Shown piece after piece: positions 63,230 through 64,000 of a DNA stretch of 64,000 nt (the stretch's first letter is position 1; each line of letters begins with the position of its first letter). The notes beneath the pieces were generated by a model. That model saw only the letters and a program-made list of their open reading frames with translations, did no database searches and was not told where the DNA came from. A program made the translations under genes and the position numbers. Source of the stretch: Rotaria socialis (Eukaryota); NCBI GenBank assembly GCA_905331295.1, contig CAJNYD010000529.1, positions 1 through 64,000 on the forward strand, given 5' to 3'.

Positions 63230-64000
63230 AATACATTTTCTTCTTTCTTTTTTCTTTTTTCTCTTTTTTTTTGTCTTTGTATTTTCAATGGGATCAGATA
63301 GAAAAAACATAATATGAAAATGACTAATCGTTTTTTCTTTTGTTTAGCACGATATGTAAATATTTAATTTCTAAGTGCTTTGTGTATATACAAACTTGAA
63401 ATATGAGATGTGCCTTTCGTGTTAAAGGACGAATTGCGTGATGATGACTCGAAATCGGATCTAATCGATGTGTATGTATGTGTGTGAGAGAGAGAGAGAG
63501 AGAGAGAAGAAAAAAGAAAGCATACATAGTGTTTTGTTTTGTTATTCTTGGAATGAGACAGAGTAACTATCGATAGGGCTTCAAACATCGATTACTGAAT
63601 GTAACGATTAATAGAAGTTTATCTTTTGGTTATGCTTACGTCATATTGCAATCCCCGTTGAGTATCAAATTTCTTTTTTTCTTGTCAATCAAAGGGAAGA
63701 GGAGAAAAAAATATTATTACGGAAACTTCTTTACTTAAAATATTGTCGTTCTCTTGATGGAAATTATCGTTTATTTCCATGTCGAATAACGCTGAGATGT
63801 TCATTGATTGAAGAAAAATCACACATATTTTATCCGGCTACAAGAACAAGAAATCAATGATATCCCTTGAAGATGTAAATTAACAGAAATAATCAAGATA
63901 TTCATGCTGAGTAACTCACACCTTTCCATTTTTGATCTATGACAGTTGATCTCTGTAATATTGAAAGATAACATCTCTCTTTATATACATATCATGGTCA

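Overview
AT-rich eukaryotic animal DNA with short (~50-70 nt) GT-AG introns. The gene and transposon repertoire suggests a bdelloid rotifer (inference). The left ~44 kb is an accessory zone: non-autonomous CACTG, Helentron-type and MITE elements, a frameshifted Penelope element with a hammerhead ribozyme, a MULE relic, a rearranged ABCB1 pseudogene, a complete but disabled Ty3/Gypsy element, an F-box pseudogene and several lineage-specific genes. The right ~19 kb holds three conserved genes (BIG-type ARFGEF, OXCT1, Six1/2). The main finding comes from splicing ORF fragments. A three-exon gene encodes a 317-aa type II membrane protein: cytoplasmic death effector domain, transmembrane helix, extracellular 8-Cys module. 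It faces a gene for a probably secreted protein made of two near-identical copies of that module, suggesting a receptor plus soluble partner. A second unusual gene encodes an arrestin fold behind a signal anchor, with six N-glycosylation sequons. All domain calls are from reading motifs by eye; no searches were run.
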